Positions 1 through 13,441 are shown, numbered from the stretch's first letter. The stretch: 64,000 bases of DNA from Octopus vulgaris (GCA_951406725.2 OX597815.1:214396001-214460000); one strand, 5' to 3'. Notes: a model not told the origin generated them from the letters alone. Numbers and translations: made by a program.

Positions 1-30
1 CAGATCCATCTTCCCGTTACTTAAGAAATC

Positions 31-46
31 ATTATTATTATTATTA

Positions 47-125
<79 letters not shown>

Positions 126-143
126 CATTATTATTATTATTAT
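31..143. repeat. (ATT)n microsatellite
   Basis: Direct reading. Confidence 0.95.
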
Positions 144-303
144 TGTTGTTGTTGACTTTGCACAGTTTCTAACGCTGGAAATGGACGACGGTGCCAGTTG
201 TTCACTACCAGTGAACTGAGGTAACAGCCCCTTTTTTTTTCGAGCACCGTCCGAAGTTTTCGAGCGGTTTCTGCAAGTGCTCCACCCTTATTGCAGCCCC
301 TAT
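144..303 (-). mobile_element. Short 3' stub of an R4/Dong-like element (family C)
   Basis: Minus strand encodes IGAAIRVEHLQK..TARKLRTVL; the 3' UTR resembles 31578-31720; flanked by ATT repeats. Confidence 0.75.
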
Positions 304-345
304 CATCCTCCTCCTCCTCATCATCATTATTATTATTATTATTAC

Positions 346-390
<45 letters not shown>

Positions 391-2747
391 GTTTTTTCCT
401 TCTTTCTTCAAATTTTCTTCCGTTTCTCGCCGAGTGTTTTCCATACACCTAGGACAGAGAAGGGCATTGTATGCATTCCCAGATTACACGCGCAAATTCA
501 CAGATAAAATATGTATTTAAAAATTAATAAATAAATTCATGGATGGATGTTGTTTTCACAGCGATAGTGCTCTTGTCAGTCCTTGAACCGTTCCAGTTAA
601 TATGATTTTTTGCACTTCCTGTAGGGATGGTAAGCCTGGAATCATTTTCAAATAGGTTTCAGTACCTTTTTTTATCATTCCTAGAGATCCTACAATCACT
701 GGTACTGTAGTCGCCTTGAGATGCCACATTTTTTCAATTTCTATTAGCAGGTCTTTATATTTACTAATCTTGTCAAATTCTTTCGCCGCTATATTGTGAT
801 CACAGTGAATATTCATGTCAATTAATAAACACATCCTTTTTGTCTGACCTTTTATAATAATATCCGGTTTATTAGCTTTTATAGTCCTGTCGGTCTGCAT
901 GGGGAAGTCCCATAGAATCGACACATTTTCTCCCCAGTCACAGCTTCAGGATGATGTTTATACCATTTGTCAGCGGTTTTGATTTTATAATGCCGACATA
1001 TTGTCCAATGTAAATACTGGCCGACTCTGTCATGTCTTGCTTTATATTGTGCAGGTGCTAAGACTCTACACCCTGAGATTAGGTGGTCTATTGTTTCAAT
1101 CTCATCGTTACAGAATCGGCATTTTGGGTCAGCTCCATTTTTCATCACATTGGCTTGGTAGTTCCGGGTTAATAAGCTTTGGTCTTGAGCAGCTAATATG
1201 AAACCTTCACTCTCTGCTTTTAGCCCTGAGCTTCGTAACCATTGGTGCGTGTGTTTCTGGTCGACATCAGCTTGTTTGCTACGGGCCACATACTTGCCAT
1301 GGAGAGGTTTCTGTTTCCATCTTCTAGCTAAATTTTCATGTGCTTTTGTCTTTGCAATTAATTTTATTTTCTTTGCAGCTGCAGTTGGCACATTTCTTTC
1401 AGCCTGCTCAATCTGGTGGGTATCTAAGAGATCAGCAGCGAATTTTTTGCTCTCTTTGAGAATAGAGTGAAGTTTTTTAGGTCTCTCATGTTTTTCAACA
1501 AGTTTTAGCATCCAATCGTTGGTTGCTTCAAGGTATTTGGCCAGTCCGATTGTGGTGGTTTTGTATGTAAGTTCAAGCTGGATCAAACCTCGGCCTCCCT
1601 GAGCTCTGGGAAGGTAAAGGCGATCCACGTCTGCCTTTGGATGGTGCATCTTATTACAAGTCAGTAGCTTGCGGATTTGTCGGTCAATTTTCATTATTTC
1701 ACTGGTATTCCAGTTAAGCACATTGAAGCTATAAAGAACAACTGGTACTGCTAAGGAATTTATCGCTAACACATTATATGCATTCAACTCAGACTTCAGG
1801 ACTGCTCGTACTCTTCTATAACATGCTTTCCTAACCTTCTCTTTCATGCTTGCATGCTGGATACCAGAGCCTTCATTTATTCCTAGGTATTTATAGGTTT
1901 GTTCCTGCTCAAGTTCCTTTATTACTATTTCGACATCTAATTCGATTGAACTAGACTTTACCAATTTCCCTTTCTTAAAAGTGGCTTTGGCACACTTTTC
2001 AAGGCCAAACTCTATCCCGATATCATCACTGAATCCTTTCACAGTATGTAATAATCCTTCAAGCTCTTCATCACCTTTGCCATATAACTTTAAGCCGTCC
2101 ATATAAAATAGATGGCTTATTTTCCTGTTGTCAATTTTGTAGCCATATCCTGTTCTATTCAGTTCACTTGAGAGTGGTATTAGTGCTATGCAGAAAATTA
2201 GTGGTGAAAGTGAGTCACCTTGGAAAATGCCACAGTTTATGCTAATGTTGTTTGAGTGCAATATTCCATTAGAATGATATAATTGGAGCTTCGTGTTCCA
2301 TAGTGACATATTATACTTTAAAAAATCTGAAATCACAGGAGAAATTTTGAAAATGTCCAGCGATTTCAGAATCCACGAATGTGGTATGCTGTCAAAGGCT
2401 TTTTTTGTAATCAATCCATGAAGAGCTGAGATTTCTGCGCTTGTTATGGCAGTTCTCAAGGATCATGCGATTAATTAGGAGCTGATCTTTGCATCCGTAT
2501 GAGCCTCGTCTGCATCCTTTTTGTTCAGTGAGAAAGAGGCTATTCTCTTCCATAAACGTATATGTTTTCTCTACTAGAAAAGATGTCAAAATCTTATAGG
2601 TAGTAGATAAACATGTTATAGGCCGGTAGTTTATTGGGTCTTTCGTTTTGTTATTTTGGGAGAGGAGGTAAGTAATACCATTTGCCATCCAATGTGGTGT
2701 TTTTTCCGGGTCTTTTGCCATCCAATGTGGTGTTTTTTCCGGGTCTT
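391..2747 (-). mobile_element. 5'-truncated, frameshifted R4/Dong-clade non-LTR retrotransposon (family A)
   Basis: ORF pieces 2392-2721, 879-2459 and 556-924 carry NYRPITCL, EQKG, GIFQGDSLSP, YMDG (mutated YMDD), CRFC-X8-H-X4-C, RHD and PD..D..K..KY (restriction-like endonuclease); (TAA)n at both ends. Confidence 0.92.
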
Positions 2748-2761
2748 ATTATTATTATTTT

Positions 2762-5057
2762 TATTCAGTAGTTTTATTTTTATAGCGTGCTTTCACTTCA
2801 CTACCGAGCGCAGCTCTGTGTGCCTTGGGTATGCGCTGTGATTTGTTGTGATGCTCTGATGGTTATTGTATGGAAAGTGTTCTGCGTAGGATGTGTGCAG
2901 TGCCTAGTAGTGCAATTTTCTGTATGTTATATGTGTTTGTAAGTCCTGGTGTTTTTGTTATGTATTTGTCTGAATATTTTTTATCATGCCTAATGCACCT
3001 ACTATGATAGGAATTGTTTCTGTTTTCAGATTCCACATTCTAGTTACCTCTATTTCCAGGTCTTTGTATTTTGAGAGTTTCTCCATTTCTTTTAGAGACA
3101 CGTTGTCATCAGCCGGTATTGATACATCAATTAGAAAGCATTTTTTTTCTTCATGATCTCTGACAACTATATCTGGTCTGTTGGCCTTAATTTCTCTATC
3201 TGTGTGTATCGGCATATCCCAGAGTATGGTTGCTTTCTCATTTTCTGTGACCTTTTCTGGTATGTGCCTATACCATCTTTTTTCTGTTGTTATTCCATAA
3301 TGTTGGCATAGCTTCCAATGTATGTAGGTTCCAACTCTGTCATGTCTGTGACAGGACTGGGCAGCTAGAGATAATATGATTTATTGTTTCTTGTCCATCT
3401 CCACATATTCTGCAGTTACTTGTAATATTTCTTTTCATTACATGTTTTTGGTAATTTCTGGTGGGGAGGCTTTGGTCTTGTGCTGCAATTAAAAATCTCT
3501 CTGTTTCTGCTTTGAGTCTTGAGCTTCTCAACCATTGCTGGGATTTTTCTTTGTCTATTTCTTTTGCATTTAGTTTAGTCCAGTATTTACCGTGGAGGGG
3601 TTTTTCTTGCCATCGTTTTATCATGGTTCTTTGCTGTTCTAGTTTTAGTTTGGATTTCATTTGTTTTATAGCTTTTGTTGTTTCTTCATCTTCTTCTTCT
3701 TCTTTATATTTGTTAGGTGGTATGATTTCTTGTTTGTATTTGTCAGCTTCCTTAAATACTGAGAACAGTTTTTTGTTTTGCTCGTGTTTTGCCGCTATTT
3801 GTATCAGTTTTCTTTCCTTCTGAAATAGATATTTTTGCAGTCCTATGGTGGTTATTTTATAGTAGTTTTCCAGTTGTATAAGGCCTCTGCCACCATCTAT
3901 ACGTTGTATATATAGTCTTTCTATGTCAGATTTTGGGTGATGCATCCTAGACCCTGTCATTATTTTTCTTGTTTTCCTATCTATTTTGGTCCGTTCATTT
4001 AGTGTCCAGTTAAGGATATTGTAGCTGTAACTTATAACTGGGACAGCTAAAGTGTTGATACCTATTATCTTGTTTTTAGCATTGAGCTCTGTATTGATCT
4101 AACTCGTCTATAATATTCTTTTTTTATTTTCTCTTTCATTTGTGTGTGTTGTGTCTTATCTAGTTCATGGATTCCTAAGTATTTGTAAGTTTGGCTTTGG
4201 TCTAATTCTTTTATTTCATTGGTTTTATCTAGTGTGATGTTGTTACTCTTAACTAGTTTTCCTCTTTTCATGGTTATTTTGGCGCATTTTTCTAATCCAA
4301 ATTTCATATCTATTTCTTTGGTAAATCCATGAACTGTCTTTAATAGTGTTTCCAGCTGTTTGTCATTTGCAGCGTATAGTTTTAGGTCATCCATATATAA
4401 AAGGTGGCTGATCGTTTTGCCGTAACATTTATATCCGCATCCGGTTCTATTTAGCATATCAGATAGAGGTGACAGTGCCAAGCAGAAAAGGATTGGAGAG
4501 AGCGTGTCTCCCTGGAATATTCCTCTTCTAATGGGGATGTCTTTGGTTTTCATGAGTCCCTCTTTTGTTTGGAGGTGTAGGACTGTTTGCCATTTATTCA
4601 TAGAGTGCTCTATGAATTTTATGATTGTTGGTGCTACTTTGTTAATGGCTAGTGTTTCGAGGATCCATGTGTGGGGGATGCTATCAAACGCCTTTTTGTA
4701 GTCAATCCAGGCCATACTGAGGCCTTTCTTCTTTCTGTGGCTGTCTTCAGTTATGGCTTTATTGATCATTAGTTGATCTTTACAGCCGTATGAGCCTTTG
4801 CGGCATCCTTTCTGCTCTTCTGGAAACAGGTTGTTTTCGTCTAGGTGCTTGTTCAACCTTTGCGATATCACTGCAGTAAATGCCTTGTAGATCGTAGGGA
4901 GACAGGTTATTGGTCTGTAGTTTTCTGGTTTTGCTGTCTCATTTGATTTGGGAATTAAGATGGTTTTCCCCTTCGTGAGCCATTCAGGCATTGTCTCTGG
5001 CTCTGCTAGTACGTTGTTAAAATTTTCAGCCAGCTTTTTGTGCATTCCTGTTTTGTG

Positions 5058-5060
<3 letters not shown>
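2762..5060 (-). mobile_element. 5'-truncated R4/Dong-clade retrotransposon (family B)
   Basis: ORF pieces 4065-5060, 3340-3960 and 2958-3215 carry GIFQGDTLSP, LYMDDLKL, GGRGL, CRICGDGQETINHIISSC and NRPDIVV..IDVSIP..EKLSKYKDL. Confidence 0.92.
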
Positions 5061-5142
<82 letters not shown>

Positions 5143-5169
5143 TTGTGCATTATTATTATTATTATTATT

Positions 5170-5723
5170 GAGTGAGAGAGCAGTTCATGCCATCAAAGTG
5201 ACACTGGGGGTAAAATATACGAAGCCCAATATACCCATCATGACTACCCGTCTGATAAAGTTACACCAGGCACATGCATCACAACCATATGTGCGCGACA
5301 TGGTGATCTCATATCAAGATAAACAGCACATGACCTTGCAGGTGGGGCCCAGTTAGAATTTTCTTCAGGTTGAGTAGCCCATCCCGCTCAAACGGTCCCT
5401 GAATAAGGGTTTTTTAAAGATGTTGAAAGAACCACCCATGTTTCCAGAGGTGAACTATTCAAACCCCAAAGAATCCCTCTCAACACATGGCTATGATGCT
5501 CCCCCACTACTTCTGCTCGTGATCAGAGATGCACATATCGTCAGCCACTAAGGGACATGCTCAACTGGTTAAGGTCAAACAACTGACAAGCAAATCTGTG
5601 GTATTGAGCAGAATATTTGCTATAGCCCATCTTTTATACCAAGACAAAACAATGTACATGATAACACTTCCAATCAGTTAAGATCAGAAGCCATGAGAGC
5701 CACTGCCTGGTACTGCATCAGGG

Positions 5724-5724
<1 letters not shown>
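5170..5724 (-). mobile_element. Non-coding element of about 555 bp inserted in (TAA)n (family N), copy 1
   Basis: Highly similar second copy at 28467-28978; both are embedded in ATT tracts with the same left boundary; no credible ORF; strand inferred from neighbouring elements. Confidence 0.75.
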
Positions 5725-5798
<74 letters not shown>

Positions 5799-5848
5799 CA
5801 TCATAAAAATCATCATCATCATCATCATATCATCACCTACTATCACCA

Positions 5849-5924
<76 letters not shown>

Positions 5925-5999
5925 TTGTGCATATTTATATTATATTATATTATTATTATTATTATTTAATTATTTTATTATTATAATTATTTTTTGTTG

Positions 6000-6033
<34 letters not shown>

Positions 6034-6035
6034 TA
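5725..6035. repeat. (ATT)n/(CAT)n compound microsatellite
   Basis: Direct reading. Confidence 0.9.
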
Positions 6036-6775
6036 TGTATTTATTTATTTATTTATTTATCTATATATTTTAATCTGCATGTTTGTTACAAACGCTCGGA
6101 AGTTTGGGCCTCCAGCAAGGCTTTTCACGATACCCTTAAACCCAGAAACTTTACAATTCCCCCTCGTATTATAAATGTGAAACTCTACTGCAGTCATTTT
6201 AAGAGTGCAGAACGCACTCCTGGGGGTATATTCCATCAGCCATATTCTTGTGATACAGATTTAACAGCTTTCTTTTTTATCATGCACTAAGTTCTTTAAA
6301 CAATACTGGAAGCCCCTTGTACTTCTAGAATGTTAAAATACTGATTATACACAAACAAAACTTATGAAAAACTTGCTTCTTCACCAAACATCACGCCAAG
6401 AAAGTTGGTTACATTTGGCAAGTTGGCCACTTGAAACTCTTAAAATATACGTCTTTTGGTCTATTTATTGTAAACTAGAGTCGATCAATCTAATTTCAAT
6501 TGTGGCTTTAAGTGGCAATTGGCCAACTCCTAATAAAGAGGTCTGGTCACTATACACAAACATTTTTTTCCGCACTTGATCCACTGGTTTGTCTGCTTTT
6601 AAAATAATTTTATCGCTGTATTCTTTATCGTTTTATTTATTTATCTACTTTTTATATATATTCTTTCTCTTCAGAGAGGAAAAATGTGGCTTCTATATTT
6701 TTGTAACATTAATAAAGAGAAATTGTATTTTGTTTCTATAACCCAAAAGCTTTTTAGATTCGATCGACTTTCTTC

Positions 6776-6776
<1 letters not shown>

Positions 6777-6806
<30 letters not shown>

Positions 6807-6974
6807 TGTATGTATGTATGTATGTATGTATGTATGTATGTATGTATGTATGTATGTATGTATGTATGTATGTATGTATGTATGTATGTATGTATGTATG
6901 TATGTATGTATGTATGTATGTATGTATGTCTGTCTGTCTGTATGTATGTATGTATGTATGTATGTATTATGTGC

Positions 6975-7018
<44 letters not shown>
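6777..7018. repeat. (TATG)n/(TG)n/(TA)n compound microsatellite
   Basis: Direct reading. Confidence 0.95.
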
Positions 7019-7021
<3 letters not shown>

Positions 7022-7183
7022 TTTTTCATAATATCGATTCCGATAAACGAAGCCTTACAGTGAGAAACAACAGATCAAGGGGGATCAATGAACGCATTTA
7101 TTAAGACGAAGTATACTAAATATTCAGTCTCATAGACAGAATGATGTTACGTGTGTGGACGAAATATGCCGAAATATATCTAT

Positions 7184-7220
<37 letters not shown>

Positions 7221-7221
7221 A

Positions 7222-7252
<31 letters not shown>

Positions 7253-7362
7253 ACATTTGAAAGAGTACAATCAGTTAATTTTCCATATGGGAGTGAAATG
7301 TTTTCTCTCAGCTCATCTTAGAACGAAGGCATTACGCATGATAATTATATACATTCAGTCAC

Positions 7363-7400
<38 letters not shown>

Positions 7401-7952
7401 GGTCGAAATGACAGCAGAGCAACGTGGCGGCACAAGACACCCGTTAAACGAGTAGAGACCATCACAGTTGATTATAAATATATTGTCAGCTACAGCCCGT
7501 GTGAAATTTGAAGTCAAGGACAGTCTGCGCAGCATAACGAAGAGTCTCTTTTTCAAAATGAAGGAGCCCACACACACATGCATAACCCGAAGCAAAATCT
7601 CAATCTCAGTAATTTTAAGTGTTTTATCACAGTAACACTTTTTCAAAGAGACATGTTACAACTAAATTTAATGACTATTTCACACCCACAAGCTTTACAG
7701 TAGTCCTTGCACCAGCACAGAATTTCTCACGTGCTGCGCTATTGTTAAATAGTCGCTCACCCTACTCTGGATTCATCCGTTCTTTTGTTATGCATTGTTT
7801 TGCTAGCTTTCTTTCTTGCAGTTATTCCTCACCATGCTAGTCTGTAGGTTTACAGACTTAGTAGCCAACGACCCGGCTATGCAACAGGTTGCACTTGATT
7901 ACTTATTTCCAGGTGTTCTTAATAATATGTGTGTATGTTTGTGTATGTACAA

Positions 7953-8590
7953 GTATTGGGTTACAGCGAAATTCGTTCGTTTCTAAACTCGAAAAATATT
8001 TTTATCGTAGTATTTTATGGTTTGTTTGTAGCTGTATCCTTCCTCTAGAACTTTCGTTTATCGCTTTTGAAACTTAAATAAATTGTATCCTTTTTCAGAC
8101 GTATGGCGATTGAATGCCAATTAGAAACAAAAATAAAAGAGTACTTTAGATATCTGCCCCACTTTGCTTTCAGTCAAGGTTTCAAAACTGCTAAGGCCGC
8201 TCGTGACATTTGTGCTGTGTACGGAGAAAGAATGAACTGCACAAATAGTTTTCACATTTCGAGGAGAGGGAATTCGACCTCACAGACTCTTCGCTTTCCG
8301 ACCGACCTCTTCCGTTCAATGAAGGCCGATTGAACGAGCTCAACCACGAAGATCTGCACCAATCCACAAGAGAATTGACCCAGCAGATAGGATACTCTCA
8401 TAATACCGTCACTCATCACCTTCACTGAGTAAGGCTCAAATCTCGTATGTGCCACACTCTTCGAAGAGACAAACTCCAAAGTTCTTCTATCTCCACCTGT
8501 TTTCTCGATCGACACCAGGCGATTCGTGGACAAAAATAGAGACTTTGGGTAGCTAGTAAATGAAAGAAATGCAATGCCCATGAATTTTGT
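7953..8590 (+). mobile_element. Degenerate mariner transposon, 5' part
   Basis: EYFRYLPHFAFSQGFKTAKAARDICAVYGE resembles the N-terminal HTH of mariner transposases; TA-TTGGGTT TIR-like start near 7954. Confidence 0.7.
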
Positions 8591-8599
8591 AATTCATCC

Positions 8600-10095
8600 T
8601 TGTTTGGTGTGATAGATGTGACCGATATTCACTTCAAACATTTGTAGGTCGATAACCACAGGGAAAAGATGGAAGGAGCTATGATTACAGAACAGAGAAA
8701 AGATTGGACAAACTGTTTAGTGAAAGATTTAAAAAGTGATAAATGGTTATGAGAGGAGAAGTAAGCAATGTATCATTTGGGTTATAGTGGAACAAGAATC
8801 TAGCTGAATGGATCACAGTAGCAGATACAGCTACTTATAAGGTACCGAAAGGCCTTATTTGGGATGTATTTTCAGAGTCACTTACTTTAAATATCAGCAA
8901 TAATATCGCTGGTATTTCTTTAAATATCAACAAGAAAGTTGCAGATATATAAGTTTTTATTCATCGCGTGTCTTACTTCGGCTCTATTGATAAATGGTTA
9001 ATAGTTTGTATCTAATCTAGAAGTGAATGACACATAGTCTGGGATGCAATATTGGCAGCGATAGAAATATGAAGTCACTGTGAGAGATCGTCCACGATTT
9101 TGAATCCAAACATTTGTAAAGATTTTGAATATAGATGTAGCGATTGTATCTTTGTGAGCTGTTAGAAGAAAGTAGGTTTTCATGCTATATTTGGGGAATG
9201 TTTACGAGATCTGTGTTAATGTAGGCTGTGTATGCATCCGACATAAGGTGCGACTGGTGAGGTAGCGATAATACCTATGCACTGGAGGTTAAACTAAACT
9301 AAAGCGTTGTATTATTTTCATAAGAGTGTGAGTATTTCCTAAGAAACGACAGTAAGTCGTTTATGTATAGAAGAAAGAGTTTGTGAAACATAAAAGGCAG
9401 TTGAGATACACAGGATAATAGAATGCAGGGTTAATAGTTCCCGTGAGTTTACCTAATGGACTTGTCTGGCAAGATATTTTCCTTATAAGAGATGAATATA
9501 TGAGCTAAATATGCAACACAGGCAATATAATTAGAAGATCCTTAAATCAGAAAGAAATCGAATCTTTTGTTGATGTCAACGTGAAAAACATTGTTTCGTC
9601 GAAGTTCTCCTTGGTGGGAAGACATTAATTTGTTAGAAAAAGAGGAGGCTACCGTAACCTGCCTCTATAGAAATTGTATTGATCACTGGGGAAAGTAAGG
9701 TATCTAAAATGATAAAGTTGGTGGTTATTTATGACCGTTTGTATCATCTGTGTAGTGTTGGATGTGAGAGCAATAAGTCGGTAGTTTTCAGAGTCAGACC
9801 AAATGATTTATCTTATTTGAGGCATATAGAATGCCTCCTGTCTTCATAGACAGGAAAATTTTGAAGTATTTGACAACGATACGACAAAACTAAGATAAAG
9901 CTATATAATAATGGGAGCTGATCAACGGTTGCGACAGAGTAATCGCAGAGGTTTTCACGGGACGGTGAAACAAGTGATGTAGAAGACTTCGGTTGATATT
10001 GCCGTATGTAAGCAACATCGATTTGGAAGCAGATCAGCAAATAGCGAAGAGTACTGCAACTTGGTTGCAGTACAAGCAGCTTGGTTATATAAACT
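8600..10095 (-). pseudogene. Highly decayed LINE reverse transcriptase (CR1/L2/Jockey group)
   Basis: Minus-strand remnants VDINKRFD (about 9557-9582, cf. LDISKAFD), LFLLYINDLL (about 9350-9380) and HSYENNTTL (cf. YADD region) in the expected order; boundaries uncertain. Confidence 0.6.
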
Positions 10096-10104
10096 ATATA
10101 TAAA

Positions 10105-10438
10105 AAGGTAAAGACCTCCTTCGCTCATGAATGACCATGGAATTACATCTAGAAATTTACCTTCCAAGGCACAAGTCCGGGCAAGGGGTTGTTTATGGAA
10201 GATCAGCAGTTGCTCATGCATACCAACCTCCCCTCTTCATGCCACTGATGTTATCCAAGTGAAAGGCAAAGGGGCCGATACAGCTTGGCACCAGTGACGT
10301 CGCAACTTGTTTCTACAGCTGGAGCAACATGAATATAGTGTCTTGCTCAAGAACACAACACAGCCCGGTCCGGGAATCGAACTCACTACCTCTTGATTGT
10401 GAGCCCAACGATCTAAACACTAAACCATGCGTCTTCAC
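10105..10438 (-). mobile_element. tRNA-derived SINE (family D1)
   Basis: A/B-box head (GGTTTAGTG..GAGTTCGATTCC) and TTGAGCAAGACACT core; homologous to 46976-47308. Confidence 0.8.
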
Positions 10439-10450
10439 GTATATATATAT

Positions 10451-11316
10451 GTTAGTTAGTTAGTTAGTTAATTTGGCTCAAAAGCAAATAGCAAGGCCAT
10501 GTAGGGGGACATGGAGTTAAGTACAGGGTGGTGTTCATGTAAAGAGTTCAGGCCACTTGAGGTCAAGGGAGGCTTTGAACAAAGCGGTCGTCGGCATCTT
10601 CACCATCTCGTCTGGCAGCTTGTTCCACGGATCCGCAACCCGGACGTAGAAAGCTCCTCTCCTTCGATTGAGATGAAATCGTCGCAGGTAGAGCTTTTCG
10701 GAATGACCCCGTAGCCGACGCTCTGGAGCAGGAGTGAAGAACAGCTCTTTCAAGAGGTTACACTTTCCGCTTATGATGCTGTGGGCGAGAATGAGATCAC
10801 CACGGCGGCGGCGTTTTTCTAGAGAATAAAGGTCGAGCGTCCTCAGCCTTTCTTCATAGGACAAATTTTTGAGACCATGAACCATGCGGGTAGCCAGCTT
10901 CTGGACTCTTTCGAGATGCTGTATGTCTTTGAGGAGATAAGGAGAAGAGGCTTGAATCCCGTATTCCAATATGGGTCTCACCAGCGTGACATAGAGTGGT
11001 AGGAATATGACTGCTGTGAGCATTCCAAATGACCGTCGAATCAAGAACAGAATTCCGCGTGCTTTGTTGGCAACATGGACGCACTGGGCCGAAGGCGAAA
11101 AGGAGGAATCCACCAAGATACCCAGGTCCTTTACCTGATCGGTCCTCTCCAGCAGCAGACGACCCGGCTCGAAATCAAGTTGAGTTGCAGGAGGAGAGCC
11201 AACAGGCAGATGACAGCACTTTGACACGTTCAGACACAGGTCCCATTCGTTAGACCACCTCGAAATTTGGTGGAGGCATCGACGAAGATCCTCTATATCA
11301 CCGCGAGGAGCGACCT
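10451..11316 (-). mobile_element. 5'-truncated CR1-clade LINE with (AACT)n tail
   Basis: Open ORF2 C-terminus: KDLGILVD, LYVTLVRPILEYG, LERVQKLATR, SYEERLRTLDLYSLEKRRRRGDLI, RLRGH, WNKLP; GTTA repeats at 10451-10470. Confidence 0.9.
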
Positions 11317-12353
11317 GTATATAACTTGGTTGTATATAGGTTATATAAGGGTTGCGAGCAGTTGAGTTCTGTAATATTGGTACTGATTCTCTTAGTGACA
11401 AAGCAAGATGTTAATTTCAGAGATGAGAGGGTTTGTGTAATAGGCAGTGTACAAGAGTATCCATTACTTTCCTGTTCTTCATCTTGCAGCTGTTGTGGTG
11501 ATGGTAAACTAATACCTGTTGCCGTTGACAGGTTACATCTTCAGGGATGTAACCTAATTCTTGTCTGTAATGTTACAGCTGCAAATGAAACACTTGGAGA
11601 GGTTTGGGTTTCGTTCTATGAGGATGTCTATAAGAAAATTCGATGGGCTTCATATAAATCTTTCCTTATAAATGTTATACCTACATCACAACTAAGACGT
11701 ATAAAATAACTGATATCACTTGCTTACTAGTACTAGAGAAGGTTCATGGCGAACGTACAGAGAGAAATGATGAGTGTGGCATAAGCGATTCACATTAACG
11801 AACACTTACTACCCATTTTAAATGAAATATGAAAGGATTTTCGATGTATCTAGATAGAGGTTTCTAAATTTGTACCAAGTTACAGGAAGAATTAGCTGCA
11901 GCTACAAAGCAAATTGTATGCCATTATGACACATACCAGTTTTACACAAGCTTTCTTAATCATTTCTTCAAAATCATCGTCAATCTTAAAAGAGTAAGTA
12001 TGCATAATGTATAGAACTGGGAGCTGTGATGAGCTGGTCTTAATAACTGGAATGGAAGATAAAACATCTAAAAAGAATTGCTAGATTAGGAAAAGCATGT
12101 CACTCAATGCCATATTGACATTTTCCAAGTATTTCATCGCACAGTAATCCTAGGATAATGATTACTAATATTTGATATTGACAAGCTTTTTGTTATTTCT
12201 TTTTCAAAATCCACAAGCTTTGATGTTGACGATGATAAATTGTCAATACCACAAAGCTCGTTTGCAGCAGATTTCAACGAAGCAGAATCTCCATTTTGAT
12301 CTTTGATATATTTATTAAATAAATCTAGTGAAAATATAATCAGAATATTTATA

Positions 12354-12768
12354 GGCGTAGGAGTGGCTGTGTGGTAAGTAGCTTGCTTACCAGCCACATG
12401 GTTCCGGGTTCAGTCCCACTGCGTGGTACCTTGGACGAGTGTCTTCTACTATAGCCTCGGGCTGACCAAAGACTTGTGAGTGGATTTGGTAAACGGAAAC
12501 TGAAAGAAGCCCGTCGTATATATGTATTTATATAAATATATATATATGTACGCATGTGTATATGTTTGTGTGTCTGTGTTTGTTCTCCCAACATCGCTTG
12601 ACAACCGATGCTGGTGTATTTATGTCCCCGTAACTTAGCGGTTCGGCAAAAGAGACTGATAGAATAGGTATTAGGATTACAAAGAATAAGTCCTGGGGTC
12701 GATTTGCTCGACCAAAGGCGGTGCTCTAGCATGGCCACTGTCAAATGACTGAAACAAGTAAAAGAGAG
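12354..12768 (+). mobile_element. tRNA-derived CORE-like SINE (family B), near full length
   Basis: Head GTGGCTGTGTGG..GGTTCAGTCC, internal microsatellite and CAAGTAAAAGAG tail; many copies in the window. Confidence 0.85.
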
Positions 12769-12856
12769 TATCTCAGCGACAAAATGAATCAGTATTAGTT
12801 AATAAATGGCATTTAGTTGATAATTTTAAACCGAATATCAGTAATATTCACAAAAA

Positions 12857-13065
12857 GGCGGTGAGCTGGCAGAGTGGTTAGCACGCCAGGCGAAATGCTT
12901 AGCGGTATCTCGTCTGTCTTTACGTTCTGATTTCAAATTCCGCCGAGGTCAACTTTGCTTTTCATCCTTTCGGGGTCAATAAATTAAGTTCCAGTTGCGT
13001 ACTGGAGTCGATCTAATCGACTGGCCCCTCCCCCAAAAGTTCGTGCTTGTGCCTAGAGTAGAAAG
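12857..13065 (+). mobile_element. tRNA-derived SINE (family A, Meta/Sauria-like central domain)
   Basis: GGCGGTGAGCTGGCAGA head and CTTTCATCCTTTCGGGGTC..AAATTAAGT core; more than 15 copies in the window. Confidence 0.85.
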
Positions 13066-13069
13066 GAAC

Positions 13070-13154
13070 GTTAGGCAAGTGTCTTCTACCATAGCCTCGG
13101 GTAGACCAAAGTCTTGTGAGTGTATATGGTAGACGAAGCTGAAAGAAGCACATC

Positions 13155-13235
<81 letters not shown>

Positions 13236-13441
13236 TTTTTGTCTGTATTTGTCTCATTACCACCAGCGCTTGACAAGCAGCGATGGTGTATTTGGATCCT
13301 CGTAACTTAGCGGTACTACAAAAGAGACCGATAAGATAAGTACAGGCTTAACAAATAAGTATTTAGGTCGATTCATTCGGCTAAAACTTCAAGGTGGTGC
13401 GCCAGCATGGCTGCAGTCTAATGACTGAAAGAAATAAAAGA
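13070..13441 (+). mobile_element. SINE family B, 5'-truncated
   Basis: Homologous to 12430-12768. Confidence 0.8.
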
